From sequence record PZ445511.1: DNA of 64,000 nt; one strand, given 5' to 3'. This DNA is from a phage. A program made the position numbers and the translations under genes. Positions 49,064 to 59,773 of this stretch are shown in pieces (position 1 is the first letter of the stretch; each line of letters starts with the position of its first letter). The notes beneath the pieces were generated by a model. It made no database searches. It was not told the DNA's origin and was given only the letters and a program-made list of their open reading frames with translations.

Positions 49064-50938
49064 TTATTTAGCGCGAATGTCTTGATGTTTCACTCGACCC
49101 ATAACCTCATGTTGTTTACCTGGGTTAAACGGACGAGCACCTGGATTTCCAAGATATCCACAAACTCGACGAGTTACCTCAAGAGTCTCAGGATCATGAT
49201 TGCCACAAATTGGGCATTTGAAACCATCCTCAGAAGCTATAGTTTCACCCAAGAACCCACATTCCCCACAAGAGTCTACTGGAGTATTAATACCGAAGTA
49301 ATGAACTTTACTTGCAGCATAGTTAATAACCCATTCCAGTGCATCAGGGAATCGTTTCATATCAGGCAATTCCACATAGGAAATGCACCCACCAGAAGCA
49401 ATTGGGGTAAAGTTAGACTCATAATCGAACTTCACGTTCGGAGCAACCTTACGCTCCACATCAAGGTGATGAGAGTTAGTGTAATATCCTTTAACCAGAA
49501 TATCTTCATGCTCTGGGAAATACTCACGATCTAGACGACAGAAGCGATCACATAGAGATTCAGATGGTGTAGCATACAGACTATACCCTAATTGAGTCTC
49601 TTCCTTCTTCTGATCAGCACGATCACGCATGTATTGTAGCACACGTTGAACGAACTTGATACAGGATTCAGACATTGTATCTACATCTTTACCAAACATG
49701 AACTGTAACATTTCGTGGCAGCCAATATATCCTAGAGATACAGAAGCACGCTTGTAGAAATGATCAAATACATATTCATCTGGCCCCAGACGTAATCCAA
49801 AGGCTCCTGACATATAGAGGATGGGCGCAGCTTTAGCTTGAATGTACTTTAAGCGATCAACCCTCCACTCCAATGCTTTTAACGCGGTATCCACACGCAG
49901 CTCAAGCAGATCGAAGAATAGATCAATATTACCTTCCGCTTCGATAGCAATTCGAGGTAGGTTTACAGAAACAACGCCTAAGTTGTTACGACCAGAAGTT
50001 TCACCATCTTCCGCAGCAGCCAGGAATGAACGACAGCCCATAGAGACTTTGTAGTCTCCCGTAACTTCTACAACCTTATCATAACTGATGTAGTCAGGAT
50101 ACATACGTTCAGCAGTACATTTCATAGCTAACTTCTTGATATCATAGTTAACATCACCAGGTTTCATGTTTACGCCATCACGCAAAACAAATACCAGTTT
50201 AGGGAAGATAGCTGTACGTTTATTGATACCCAAACCATCCATACGCACTTCTAGGATTGCTTTCTGTACAAGACGTGCTTCCCAAGAAGTTCCTAGACCA
50301 AACCCAAAGGTAATAAACGGACTTTGACCATTAGAGTTGAACATCGTATTGATTTCATACTCCAGGCCCTGACAGGCATCGTAAACTTCTTTCTCAGTCA
50401 TTTCCGTAGCCATTACAGATGCTTTAGCTTCATCCTTAGTCCAACGCTTTGCAAACGCATGATTCTTATCATAAGACTTACGAACATAAGGAGCCAATAC
50501 TTCATCTAATCGGTCTACAGAAGTACCCCCATATTGATGTGAACTAACCTGAGTGATAATCTGAGCTGTGATAGCAGCCGCAGTAGTAATAGAGTTTGGT
50601 GTACTGATTTCAGCATTACCAACCTTCATACCATTCTTCAACATATCTTCCAAAGCAACCAGGCAACAGTTAGTCATACCTAACGCAGCGTAATCAGCAT
50701 CATGGAAGTGAATATCACCAATCATGTGAGCATTTCGAATCTGGATTGGCATTTCTTCCAGAATCAGATGTTTACTCAATTCCCCTGCAAGCATGTCCCT
50801 TTGTGTAGGGAAACGTTCGCTTGGTTTGTTCGCATTATTAAAGAGTAGCTCTTCATCTGCTGATCCTTCGATAATTTCTTTGCAGTTTCGAATTAAGGAC
50901 TGCACTCCTTTATACTTTAGTTCTTCATTGAGATTCAT
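49064..50938 (-). CDS. nrdD: Anaerobic ribonucleoside-triphosphate reductase (class III)
   Basis: 624 aa; C-terminal Cys4 zinc ribbon (CGECG...CPICG) and glycine-radical motif RVCGYLG. Confidence 0.9.
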   Translation of the reverse strand: MNLNEELKYKGVQSLIRNCKEIIEGSADEELLFNNANKPSERFPTQRDMLAGELSKHLILEEMPIQIRNAHMIGDIHFHDADYAALGMTNCCLVALEDMLKNGMKVGNAEISTPNSITTAAAITAQIITQVSSHQYGGTSVDRLDEVLAPYVRKSYDKNHAFAKRWTKDEAKASVMATEMTEKEVYDACQGLEYEINTMFNSNGQSPFITFGFGLGTSWEARLVQKAILEVRMDGLGINKRTAIFPKLVFVLRDGVNMKPGDVNYDIKKLAMKCTAERMYPDYISYDKVVEVTGDYKVSMGCRSFLAAAEDGETSGRNNLGVVSVNLPRIAIEAEGNIDLFFDLLELRVDTALKALEWRVDRLKYIQAKAAPILYMSGAFGLRLGPDEYVFDHFYKRASVSLGYIGCHEMLQFMFGKDVDTMSESCIKFVQRVLQYMRDRADQKKEETQLGYSLYATPSESLCDRFCRLDREYFPEHEDILVKGYYTNSHHLDVERKVAPNVKFDYESNFTPIASGGCISYVELPDMKRFPDALEWVINYAASKVHYFGINTPVDSCGECGFLGETIASEDGFKCPICGNHDPETLEVTRRVCGYLGNPGARPFNPGKQHEVMGRVKHQDIRAK

Positions 50939-50967
50939 TACACCCTCCTTCTCTAATTAAGACTACT

Positions 50968-50996
50968 ATTATAACTCATTCGAAGGCGGATGTCAA
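50968..50996 (-). promoter_or_regulatory. Consensus sigma70 promoter for nrdD
   Basis: TTGACA, 17 nt, TATAAT on the - strand; GAAGGAGGG RBS downstream. Confidence 0.6.
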
Positions 50997-51188
50997 CAAT
51001 ATTTTACCATAAAGTTCTGTAACATGATCTGAGTCAAAAAATTTTATTTGCCAACCTCTATTAAAAATAGTATAATCACACGCCCGTGTACGCGATATAA
51101 AATGATTATCTAGTACCATACATCTCCCAATAAAAGCAAGTAAATTTTTTATTTAAAAGCAATATCATGGGTTTATTTAAAATTATAC

Positions 51189-51217
51189 TTGCTTTTTGCT
51201 GTAAACCTTGTTATAAT
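51189..51217 (+). promoter_or_regulatory. T5-type early promoter upstream of phoH
   Basis: A/T-rich upstream region, TTGCTT, 17 nt, TATAAT. Confidence 0.55.
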
Positions 51218-51284
51218 ATATTTGTAAGTTGATAAACAAGATCTCTTTGTTGATCCTCTGTTAGAAGCGAAGTACACTATAGGA

Positions 51285-52046
51285 GTGTTATTTATGGGAA
51301 AAGCACGTCAAAAAAGAGAGAACCGCAATGGTTCAAGAAAGCGTGGCAACAAGTATGAGAGTAACGTAATTCAAGCAGATTTCTCTGGTGATTACGCCAA
51401 TCCAGTTGCTAAATCCCTAGTTGGTAAAAACCGTGAGCAAAAATCATATATCAATATGATCAAGAACAACACAGTGACTGTGGGTATTGGTGAACCAGGT
51501 ACTGGTAAAACCTTTATTCCGTCCGTTCTTGCAGCTCAGGAACTCGTAGACATTCACTCAGATATTGAGCAAGTGATCCTCGTGCGTCCGAACGAACCTC
51601 TAGGTAAATCTCTTGGTATGCTCCCAGGTGATCTGGCAGAAAAGCTAGAGCCTTGGTTGGAACCAATAGCCGATGGCATGAAATGGGCAATCGGTGATCA
51701 CGCCTACAAAGGATATGTCGAACGTCAGAAAATTAAATTCCTGGCTATCGAACATGCCCGTGGCCGAACTTTCAACAACTCCTATGTAATTGTCGATGAA
51801 GCTCAGAATATCTCCGTTGAAGCAATGATCTGTCTCCTGACTCGTGTAGGACAAGATTGTCGTTTAATTATCTGTGGGGATATAGCGCAGAAAGACATCA
51901 AGGGTGATTCAGGTCTAGCACTTCTTATGGAAGTCTATGAGAAGTATGAAAACTCTCCTTTCTCTATGATCGAACTGATCGACAACGTTCGCTCACCAGA
52001 GTCTAAAGCATTCTACGATATCTTTAAGGATATGGGGAAGGTGTAA
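51285..52046 (+). CDS. phoH: PhoH-like ATPase
   Basis: Walker A GEPGTGKT and Walker B IVDEAQN. Confidence 0.85.
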   Translation: MLFMGKARQKRENRNGSRKRGNKYESNVIQADFSGDYANPVAKSLVGKNREQKSYINMIKNNTVTVGIGEPGTGKTFIPSVLAAQELVDIHSDIEQVILVRPNEPLGKSLGMLPGDLAEKLEPWLEPIADGMKWAIGDHAYKGYVERQKIKFLAIEHARGRTFNNSYVIVDEAQNISVEAMICLLTRVGQDCRLIICGDIAQKDIKGDSGLALLMEVYEKYENSPFSMIELIDNVRSPESKAFYDIFKDMGKV

Positions 52047-52047
52047 T

Positions 52048-52290
52048 ATGGGAAACGTCGTACATCTGCACCGCAAAACTAAGATTCACCGTACTTCACT
52101 GAGTGCTGCTAATATGATTACACGTAAGGAAGGGGAAGAAAGTCCTAAGACTACCCTAGCGTGGAAAATTGTAGCCTCTAATCCAAATCGGCCTTTTAAT
52201 TATAACGAATTGAGTACTTCTATAGACATTCTTATGGCTAAGGAAATACGACAGAAACTAACTGATATGACCGATAAACTTAAATGGTAA
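52048..52290 (+). CDS. Hypothetical protein
   Basis: 80-aa ORF coupled to phoH, followed by a terminator. Confidence 0.4.
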   Translation: MGNVVHLHRKTKIHRTSLSAANMITRKEGEESPKTTLAWKIVASNPNRPFNYNELSTSIDILMAKEIRQKLTDMTDKLKW

Positions 52291-52297
52291 GACAGAC

Positions 52298-52331
52298 GAG
52301 CCTGGGTATGAAAATATCCGGGCTCTTTTTA
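52298..52331 (+). terminator. Rho-independent terminator
   Basis: GAGCCTGG-loop-CCGGGCTC hairpin followed by TTTTT. Confidence 0.6.
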
Positions 52332-52413
52332 TCTGTAAAATTGTACTTGCAAAATGACCCAAAACAAAGTAGAATATTTCCTAAATCCTGATAACTACAA
52401 AAAGGAAAGCCAA

Positions 52414-54744
52414 ATGAGCCATCGCATCGAAAAAGTAATTAAACGTGACGGTACTGTTCAGGACTTTGCTCCTGAAAAACTCAATGATTGGGCTGCATGG
52501 GCATGTAAAGATACTGACGTAAGTTGGTCTGCCGTAGTTATGGCTGCCCTGAAAAATCTACCCAAAGGTGTTGTAGACTCCGATACACTCCAAGATGTGT
52601 TAATTAAAGCCGCTGAAGGTCTTATCAAAGACAACCCAGCATATGATACTGTAGCAAAGGAATTACGTCTTGCGCAGATGCGTAAACGCCTATATGATTC
52701 CTTTGAACCTCCTTCTCTGCGTTTCTTCCACGATCATATGATTCGTGTTGGCGCCTGGGAAGACATGAGTGCATGGATTAGCGATGATCAGTTTGATGCT
52801 CTGAATCAAGTTATTGATCATGATCGCGATCGTTTATTCACCAGTGGTGGACTGAAACAGTTCTTCGACAAGTATTCCCGTCGTAATATTGCAACTGGTG
52901 AAATTTATGAAACCCCGCAGTTTGCCTACATGGGTATGGCAATGGCGATGTTATCTCAACCTAACTGGACAATTCTCGATGCAATCGACCTCTACAACGC
53001 AATGTCACTCCATAAAATCAACGTGCCGACTCCACCTCTCGTGGGTCTTAGGAGCAGCGACCGCGGTTTTGCTTCTTGTTGTCTTGTTGATAGTACTGAT
53101 ACCCTCGATTCAATCGACACAGCCGAGCACATCGTCTTCAAAATGGTCGCAGCCAGAGCGGGAATCGGGTATCATCTTGAAAGCCGATCAATTGCTGATC
53201 CGGTGCGAAATGGGGCATTCCCGCATTCCGGAAAACTGCCATATTATCGACACATTGACCGATCAGTAAAAGCTAACACTCAGCAAACCCGTGGTGGTTC
53301 TGCTACTGTGTCTTACCCATACTTCGATCCTGAAATCATTCAGTTGATGCAGGTTAAGCAGCAACGTGCTACAGACGAGAATAAAATCGATAAGATGGAT
53401 TACTCTCTGAGCTTTAACAACCTTCTGTTAAAACGTTACCTGAAAAATGAAGATATTACGCTAATGTCCTACTTCTACGCACCAGAAGTTCATGAAGCGT
53501 TTTATGGCGAAGATGAGGCTAAGTTTGAAGAAATCTACGTGGCAGCGGAGAAACGTGTGGCATCTCTTACAAAGATCGACCACGAAGGAAAAACAATTCC
53601 AGCAGCTCCTAGAATCTCTGCAAAAGAAATCCTAGATACTTGGTTACGTATCCGTATGGAAACAGGGCGTATGTATGCTCATCACATTGGTGAATCTAAC
53701 CGTCATGGTAACTTCCTTGACCCGATTCGTATGACCAACCTTTGTGTTGAAATTACTCAGCCAACCCGTCCATTCCATCACATTACGGAGCTGTATAAGA
53801 CCCAAGATCAGTTAGACGATATGCGTCCAGAAGATATTGGTGAAGTATCTCTGTGTAACTTAGGTGGTGTTGTACTAGGTCGTATGGAATCTCTGGCTGA
53901 ATGGGAGAAAACTTGCTACATTCTTCTGAAATTCGTTGATACAATCATCGAGATTCAGGATTACCCATTCCCAACTATGGAGTACACGGCTAAGAAACGT
54001 CGTAACGTTGGTATTGGTCTGATGAACGCAGCAGGTGCAATGGCAGCCGAAGGTTTGGCTTACGAAGGTGTTGAAGCCCGTAACTGGATTCACCGTGAAG
54101 CTGAAAAGCTGTCCTACTTCCTACATAAAGCCTCTGTACGTCTGGCTAAAGAACAAGGTGCATGTGACTGGTTTAATCGTACTAAACCATCCAAAGGAAC
54201 TCTGGTAATCGACACGTACAAGAAAACTGTTGATGAACTGGTAACTGTAGGTCTAGAAATGGATTGGGAATCTCTGCGTGCAGATATTCTGAAATATGGT
54301 ATGCGCAACTCTGTTCTGACTGCTCAGATGCCGGGTGAAAGTTCCTCTGTACTGCTAGGTGTTACTAACTCTATCGAGCCGCCTCGTAAGATTGTATCTA
54401 TCAAGGGTAGTGCAGTTAATAAAGTAATTGCAATTGCTCCAGGTGCAACCGATTGGGATACATTAATGAGTTATAAACTGGCTTATGATGTAGATCGTAT
54501 CGAGTGGATCAAATGGGTAGCAACCATGCAGAAATTCTTCAGTCAGTCTATCAGTACGAATATGTACTATGACTACACCAAGTTTGAGAATGAAATCATT
54601 CCTGGTCCAGTAGTAGTTCGTGATTTCATGACTGCTGTTAAGTACGGCTGGAAAACTTGGTACTACGCTAACTTCAACACTGAAAATGGTGGTGGAGCTG
54701 GTGAAGAAGCAGCAGGTTGTGCATCAGGTGGTTGTAACCTATAA
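52414..54744 (+). CDS. nrdA: Ribonucleoside-diphosphate reductase large subunit (class Ia)
   Basis: N-terminal ATP-cone (KVIKRDGTVQDF), active-site Cys motifs, C-terminal CxxC tail; start placed at MSHRIEK after AAGGAAA RBS. Confidence 0.9.
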   Translation: MSHRIEKVIKRDGTVQDFAPEKLNDWAAWACKDTDVSWSAVVMAALKNLPKGVVDSDTLQDVLIKAAEGLIKDNPAYDTVAKELRLAQMRKRLYDSFEPPSLRFFHDHMIRVGAWEDMSAWISDDQFDALNQVIDHDRDRLFTSGGLKQFFDKYSRRNIATGEIYETPQFAYMGMAMAMLSQPNWTILDAIDLYNAMSLHKINVPTPPLVGLRSSDRGFASCCLVDSTDTLDSIDTAEHIVFKMVAARAGIGYHLESRSIADPVRNGAFPHSGKLPYYRHIDRSVKANTQQTRGGSATVSYPYFDPEIIQLMQVKQQRATDENKIDKMDYSLSFNNLLLKRYLKNEDITLMSYFYAPEVHEAFYGEDEAKFEEIYVAAEKRVASLTKIDHEGKTIPAAPRISAKEILDTWLRIRMETGRMYAHHIGESNRHGNFLDPIRMTNLCVEITQPTRPFHHITELYKTQDQLDDMRPEDIGEVSLCNLGGVVLGRMESLAEWEKTCYILLKFVDTIIEIQDYPFPTMEYTAKKRRNVGIGLMNAAGAMAAEGLAYEGVEARNWIHREAEKLSYFLHKASVRLAKEQGACDWFNRTKPSKGTLVIDTYKKTVDELVTVGLEMDWESLRADILKYGMRNSVLTAQMPGESSSVLLGVTNSIEPPRKIVSIKGSAVNKVIAIAPGATDWDTLMSYKLAYDVDRIEWIKWVATMQKFFSQSISTNMYYDYTKFENEIIPGPVVVRDFMTAVKYGWKTWYYANFNTENGGGAGEEAAGCASGGCNL

Positions 54745-54761
54745 TAAAAACAAGGAGATCT

Positions 54762-54790
54762 TCGGGTCTCCTTTTTTCTTTGAAATTTTA
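54762..54790 (+). terminator. Rho-independent terminator after nrdA
   Basis: AAGGAGATC-TTCG-GGTCTCCTT hairpin followed by a T-run. Confidence 0.65.
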
Positions 54791-54791
54791 C

Positions 54792-54820
54792 TTGCTAATC
54801 GCTACCAGATTTGCTATAAT
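54792..54820 (+). promoter_or_regulatory. T5-type early promoter upstream of nrdB
   Basis: TTGCTA, 17 nt, TATAAT. Confidence 0.55.
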
Positions 54821-54851
54821 ATTCCTGAAATAGTGAGAAAGAGGAAAATCA

Positions 54852-55997
54852 ATGACTACTTTACTAAACCTGAATTGGGATCATACTAACGCTGACCTTT
54901 TCCTGGGCGATTCTCTTGGTATCGCAGATTACGTTCGTGTAGCACATCCTGAACTTGAGCGTCTAGCACTTCTGCAACGTTCTCAATTTTGGACTGAAAC
55001 TGAAATCAGTCTGGAAGCTGATAAGAAACAATGGCCAAACCTCCCGCGTGATATCCAGGAAATTACTCTCCTGAACTTAGCATGGCAAACTCAAACAGAT
55101 TCTTTCATTAGTCGTGCTCCTGAGGCAGCTATTATGCCACTTGTAAGCCGTCCTGAATTGGAAGGTATGCTCAAGCAGTGGAGCTACTTCGAAGATCTAC
55201 ATAGCCGTGCGTATAGTAACATTATTCGTAACGTTCTGACTGACCCAGCAGAATTTATTGATTCTGTAACTAAAAACCAAGAAGCATTTGCACGTATCGC
55301 AGATTCTGTTGAACTGTTTGATGAATTGTATCTGTTAGGTCAGTATTTCCTTGCAGTACGTGATCATCAGGGTGATAATACTTATCCAGAAACTGAGTTC
55401 CCTGAAGTTAAACGTGAAACTCAGGCTAAACTGTTAGACGCTTACTTTGCAATCTACGGTCTGGAAGCAATGCAGTTCTACGCATCCTTTGCATGTACCT
55501 TTGCTCTAGCAGAGAACGATATTCTGCAAGGTATTGCTAAGAACCTGCAATTAATCGCTAAAGATGAAGCTCTACATACTCAAATGTCTAAAGCTATCAT
55601 CCAGATTATGTTCCAGCAGTTTGATAAAGATCTGGTAGATGAAGCATTAGCTAAAGCACCAGCACAACTCCTAAAAACTCTGAAAACTGAGATTGAATGG
55701 GGCCACTTTATCTTTAAAGGCCGCAGTCTGATTGGTTTGAACGCAGAATTGCTTGAAGAATACCTTTACTTTGTAGGACGTAACGCATTTATGCACATTG
55801 GTGTAGAATGGCCAAGCCACTTACCTGTAATTACTAAGAACCCTATTCCGTGGATTATGAACTGGTTGGATACTACATCTTTACAACCTGCTCCACAAGA
55901 GATTCAGATTGGTGCAGCGTACCGTGTAGGTCAAGTAACTGAAACCTCTGCTGATACTCTGAAAGATCTTGGCAACGAATTTGAGGATATGTTCTAA
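54852..55997 (+). CDS. nrdB: Ribonucleoside-diphosphate reductase small subunit
   Basis: 381 aa; ferritin-like di-iron ligand motifs (E...EDLHS / E...EALH) and tyrosyl radical region. Confidence 0.9.
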   Translation: MTTLLNLNWDHTNADLFLGDSLGIADYVRVAHPELERLALLQRSQFWTETEISLEADKKQWPNLPRDIQEITLLNLAWQTQTDSFISRAPEAAIMPLVSRPELEGMLKQWSYFEDLHSRAYSNIIRNVLTDPAEFIDSVTKNQEAFARIADSVELFDELYLLGQYFLAVRDHQGDNTYPETEFPEVKRETQAKLLDAYFAIYGLEAMQFYASFACTFALAENDILQGIAKNLQLIAKDEALHTQMSKAIIQIMFQQFDKDLVDEALAKAPAQLLKTLKTEIEWGHFIFKGRSLIGLNAELLEEYLYFVGRNAFMHIGVEWPSHLPVITKNPIPWIMNWLDTTSLQPAPQEIQIGAAYRVGQVTETSADTLKDLGNEFEDMF

Positions 55998-56527
55998 TGA
56001 TAGCAGCAATCTATGCAACTGGGCCGAATGGGGAGTTCGGCCTCAATGGTAAGCTCCCCTGGGGTTCTTTCAAAGAAGAACTAGATATCTTCTATGCTAC
56101 ATTGGATTCTCTGGCACCTGACAATATTATTGTAGGAGCAGGAACTTGGTTAGCATTCCCTGAGACTCTGCAAAAAAGAATACTAGGAGATTCTGACCTA
56201 TTTATTTATGCAAATAGACCACTACCGAACTCTATAAGATCAGCTACACGCATAAGCAACATTGGATACCGTCTGCCTGATTTTCTCAAGGAAGAGGTAA
56301 CTGTAGTATTAGGGGGAGCAACTCTGCTTCTTGAAATGTATGTCAAAAATCATCTAGATATGGCGTATATCTCTACTGTTACTTCAGCCACACCATTATC
56401 TGCTGATGTACATCTGCATCATCATATTACTTTAACTAATTCAATGGCAACTAGAATGGACTATGTGGCAGGACAGAATGCAGATAAAACGCTTTCATTC
56501 TTACAAGAATTGGTGATATTTAAATGA
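55997..56527 (+). CDS. Dihydrofolate reductase
   Basis: 176 aa; N-terminal IAAIYA...G...LPW DHFR pattern; coupled between nrdB and thyA. Confidence 0.65.
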   Translation: MIAAIYATGPNGEFGLNGKLPWGSFKEELDIFYATLDSLAPDNIIVGAGTWLAFPETLQKRILGDSDLFIYANRPLPNSIRSATRISNIGYRLPDFLKEEVTVVLGGATLLLEMYVKNHLDMAYISTVTSATPLSADVHLHHHITLTNSMATRMDYVAGQNADKTLSFLQELVIFK

Positions 56528-57378
56528 AGCAATATATTGAAACTGGAAAACGTATTCTTGAAGAGGGTGTATGGGTAACGAATCCTAGAACAGGGGTTCG
56601 TTGCCTAACCATTATTGATGCAGACTTTACCTTTAACGTAGGAGCAGGAGAACTGCCGCTAGTAACTACTCGTAAAGCATTTGCTAAACAAGCAATAATG
56701 GAAATGATCGGATATCTACGTGGGTACGACTCAGCAGCACAATTCCGCACTATTGGTGTTAATACATGGAATGCTAATGCAAATGAAAATATTGCCTGGC
56801 TAGGTAATCCATTCCGTAAAGGCGAGGATGATATGGGACGAGTCTATGGTGTTCAAGGACGTCATTGGACTAATTCTGATGGTATGGTATTTGATCAGTT
56901 AGCCAAAGTCTACCATAATTTGAAAAGAGGGATTGACGATCGTGGAGAAATTTTAACTTTTTGGAACCCTGGGGAATTTCGTAAAGGATGCCTACGTCCG
57001 TGTATGCATACCCATCAATTCTCTATTTTAGGTGATACACTATACCTAAACTCTTTCCAGAGGTCTAATGATTTCTTGCTGGGCCAAGTATTTAATATGG
57101 TGCAATGCTATGCACTTCTAGCTATTATGGCACAGATTACAGGTCTTAAGCCAGGTATTGCTCGTCAAAAGATTATTAATCTTCATATCTATGAAGATCA
57201 GTATAATGTTCTGATGGAGCACAAGCAATTCGATCGTGAACCTTTTGCACCTCCTACTTTAGAAATCAATCCAAATATTAGAACTTTGGATGATGTATTA
57301 ACGTGGGTAAGTAAGGATGATTTTACTGTTCGTGGCTATGAACACCATCCTGCTATTGCATATCCATTTACGGTGTAA
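56524..57378 (+). CDS. thyA: Thymidylate synthase
   Basis: 284 aa; catalytic Cys motif (RPCMHTHQF) and conserved [11 protein letters not shown]...YALLA region. Confidence 0.85.
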   Translation: MKQYIETGKRILEEGVWVTNPRTGVRCLTIIDADFTFNVGAGELPLVTTRKAFAKQAIMEMIGYLRGYDSAAQFRTIGVNTWNANANENIAWLGNPFRKGEDDMGRVYGVQGRHWTNSDGMVFDQLAKVYHNLKRGIDDRGEILTFWNPGEFRKGCLRPCMHTHQFSILGDTLYLNSFQRSNDFLLGQVFNMVQCYALLAIMAQITGLKPGIARQKIINLHIYEDQYNVLMEHKQFDREPFAPPTLEINPNIRTLDDVLTWVSKDDFTVRGYEHHPAIAYPFTV

Positions 57379-57381
57379 CAT

Positions 57382-57735
57382 ATGTTAATTATACTATTAT
57401 TTGTCATATTCTTTCTAAAACATTTTATGGCCGATTATCCACTCCAAACACCATATATGCTAAGAAAGACGCATAAAATAGGGTGGAAACTTCCATTATT
57501 AACCCATTCGCTAGTACATGCTGGATTAACATTTGCAATTCTAATCCTATTCACATCACCAGGAATGTCTATAGCTTTAGCTATTATGGAATTAATTCTA
57601 CACTTTATTATAGATTATTGGAAAGCACAACGCTGTAAATACGCTATAAGCGATGCTAAGTTTTGGATAGCTTTAGGATTTGATCAGTTACTGCATTATC
57701 TGACATACGCCCTAATAATCTTGATTATAATCTAA
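57382..57735 (+). CDS. Small integral membrane protein
   Basis: 117 aa, three to four hydrophobic helices. Confidence 0.45.
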   Translation: MLIILLFVIFFLKHFMADYPLQTPYMLRKTHKIGWKLPLLTHSLVHAGLTFAILILFTSPGMSIALAIMELILHFIIDYWKAQRCKYAISDAKFWIALGFDQLLHYLTYALIILIII

Positions 57736-57827
57736 TTCAAATAGCCCTTCGGGGCTATTATATTTAAATTTCATTTGCTTACTGAGTGAAATTCAAATAT
57801 AATATATTTTATAAATTGGAGACACTT

Positions 57828-58082
57828 ATGGGACTCTTTAAAAAGAAAGTTTATTTAACACAAAGTCAAGAACGCAGGTTCTTAGCTCTGTCTCAGTATT
57901 ACCATTTACCTTTCGATCATTTCATAGAACGGGCGTTAGAACAATTCCTAGAAAAGGAATTAAGGGCAATTAGACCTGAACCGCCAAGAGCACCAAATGA
58001 TGCACAGAGAGGTCATCCACATATCCCACCTATGCCGCCAGTTCCACCAGCGACTAGGGTCATTATAGAAGGTGAAAAATAA
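57828..58082 (+). CDS. Hypothetical protein
   Basis: Start placed at MGLFKKK after GGAGAC RBS and an early promoter; Pro-rich C-terminus. Confidence 0.4.
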   Translation: MGLFKKKVYLTQSQERRFLALSQYYHLPFDHFIERALEQFLEKELRAIRPEPPRAPNDAQRGHPHIPPMPPVPPATRVIIEGEK

Positions 58083-58351
58083 TGTCTATTCTTTTATCTG
58101 CTTTAGAAGCAAAACAAAATACTATTGCTAGTATTAAAAAGGAAGTAATTGACTTAGAGTCACTTATTGCCGTAGAGATTGACAAAGCCATCAAAGATAA
58201 AGAATTTAACTGTCACATCCAGGGATTGACTGAATATTCAGAAAATGCTAGAAATAGCGTCATGCAAAAACTTAGCAAACTAGGTTATGTTGTGGAAGCT
58301 AAGTATGAGCAACGTGAAGGTTTTTGGCTTGAAATTGATTGGAGCAAATAA
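58082..58351 (+). CDS. Hypothetical protein
   Basis: 89-aa ORF, start-stop coupled. Confidence 0.4.
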   Translation: MSILLSALEAKQNTIASIKKEVIDLESLIAVEIDKAIKDKEFNCHIQGLTEYSENARNSVMQKLSKLGYVVEAKYEQREGFWLEIDWSK

Positions 58352-58827
58352 TGTCGGTTTTCCACATATATACAGATGGTGCATGTAAGGGCAATCCTGG
58401 TTTAGGTGCGTGGGGATTCGTTGTCTATAATGATAATGATGATCGTATTGGCTCTAAATCTGGCTTCAGCCATAAAACTACTAATAACGAAATGGAACTT
58501 ACTGCAATTGTTGAAGTTCTTCGTTGGTCTACTAAGAAAGATAATCGTCCAGTAATTATCTACACTGATTCTGCTTACTGCAAAAATGGTATGGAGAGTT
58601 GGGTATTTGCCTGGCAAAAGAAAGGATGGAAAAAAGCAGATGGTGAGGCCCCTCTTAATCTAGAACTATGGAAAGAGGCATTTTCTTTACTACAGAAATA
58701 TATAAACTTCCATGACACTACGCCTACTTTTATAAAAGTCAAAGGTCACTCAGGGGACCCTAGAAATGATGAAGTAGATGCTCTATGTAACACAGTTATA
58801 ACAGAGCAAGAATTAGCTGATATATAA
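58339..58827 (+). CDS. Ribonuclease H
   Basis: RNase H1 catalytic motifs (YTDGAC, NNEMEL, TDSAY, HSGDPRNDEVDAL). Confidence 0.85.
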   Translation: MEQIMSVFHIYTDGACKGNPGLGAWGFVVYNDNDDRIGSKSGFSHKTTNNEMELTAIVEVLRWSTKKDNRPVIIYTDSAYCKNGMESWVFAWQKKGWKKADGEAPLNLELWKEAFSLLQKYINFHDTTPTFIKVKGHSGDPRNDEVDALCNTVITEQELADI

Positions 58828-58829
58828 TT

Positions 58830-59342
58830 ATGCTAACACAAGAAATTCTCAAGCAATTGCTAGATTATGATCCACTATCCGGTATTTTTACATGGAAAAC
58901 TAGAGATCCCGATAAGGGAGGATTTAATAAGCAATTTGCAGGTAAAGTAGCTGGAACCAAAAAATCTGGATATATCAGAATACAGATTAACGGAAAACCA
59001 TACGATGCCCATAGACTAGCCTTCTTATTTATGGAGGGCTATATACCAGAGCTGATAGACCATAAAGACAGAGTGGGAACAAACAACGCTTGGGACAATC
59101 TTAGAAAAGCTACTGATAGTCAAAATGCTGCAAACCAATCCGTCCGATCTACTAATATTTCTGGATATAAAAATGTATCCTGGGATAAGGCTAGAAATAA
59201 ATGGTTAGTTAATATCATGAAGGATGGTAAAACTATATATGGTGGTAGATTCTCTGAATTAGAGGATGCAGTAAATGCTGCCAATACTCTACGTTTGTCT
59301 TTATTTGGTAGCTTTGCTCTTTACGAAGAATTTATAAAATAA
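58830..59342 (+). CDS. HNH homing endonuclease (HNH_3/AP2-type)
   Basis: YDAHRLAFLFMEGYIPELIDHKDRVGTNNAWDNLR plus GYKNVSWD AP2-like segment; paralog of 29730-30260. Confidence 0.75.
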   Translation: MLTQEILKQLLDYDPLSGIFTWKTRDPDKGGFNKQFAGKVAGTKKSGYIRIQINGKPYDAHRLAFLFMEGYIPELIDHKDRVGTNNAWDNLRKATDSQNAANQSVRSTNISGYKNVSWDKARNKWLVNIMKDGKTIYGGRFSELEDAVNAANTLRLSLFGSFALYEEFIK

Positions 59343-59411
59343 ATTAAAAATTCACTTGCTTAAAGCCCTCGAATTTAGTATAATATTCGTATTGAAAGTG
59401 AGGAGGGCTTT

Positions 59412-59690
59412 ATGCGAATTTACAACTCAAATTCATTAGGATTTAAACCTTTGAGAAAACGCGCACAATCTCCGCGTCAGATCAGAAAGGCAAATATTGG
59501 TGAGCCAGAAACTAGGCTTCCACCACCTCCGGAGCAACGTCTAGTTTACTTAGACGAAGAATTAGCCGAAAGGGAACGTAAAGCTCAAGAAGAAATTGAG
59601 CGCAAGAAACTGTGTACTGCTCCTGCATATAACAAGGGTGGTTATCAGTACGTTTCCAGTGAGGAACAAGCTAAGATGATCGGCAGATAA
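59412..59690 (+). CDS. Hypothetical protein
   Basis: 92-aa ORF with early promoter and GAGGAGGG RBS. Confidence 0.4.
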   Translation: MRIYNSNSLGFKPLRKRAQSPRQIRKANIGEPETRLPPPPEQRLVYLDEELAERERKAQEEIERKKLCTAPAYNKGGYQYVSSEEQAKMIGR

Positions 59691-59773
59691 TTTTTAAAAA
59701 ATTCATTTGCTAAACGCTTCAAAATTTCGTATAATATATCTCATAAATTGATCAACAAAAAGGAAAACAAATA

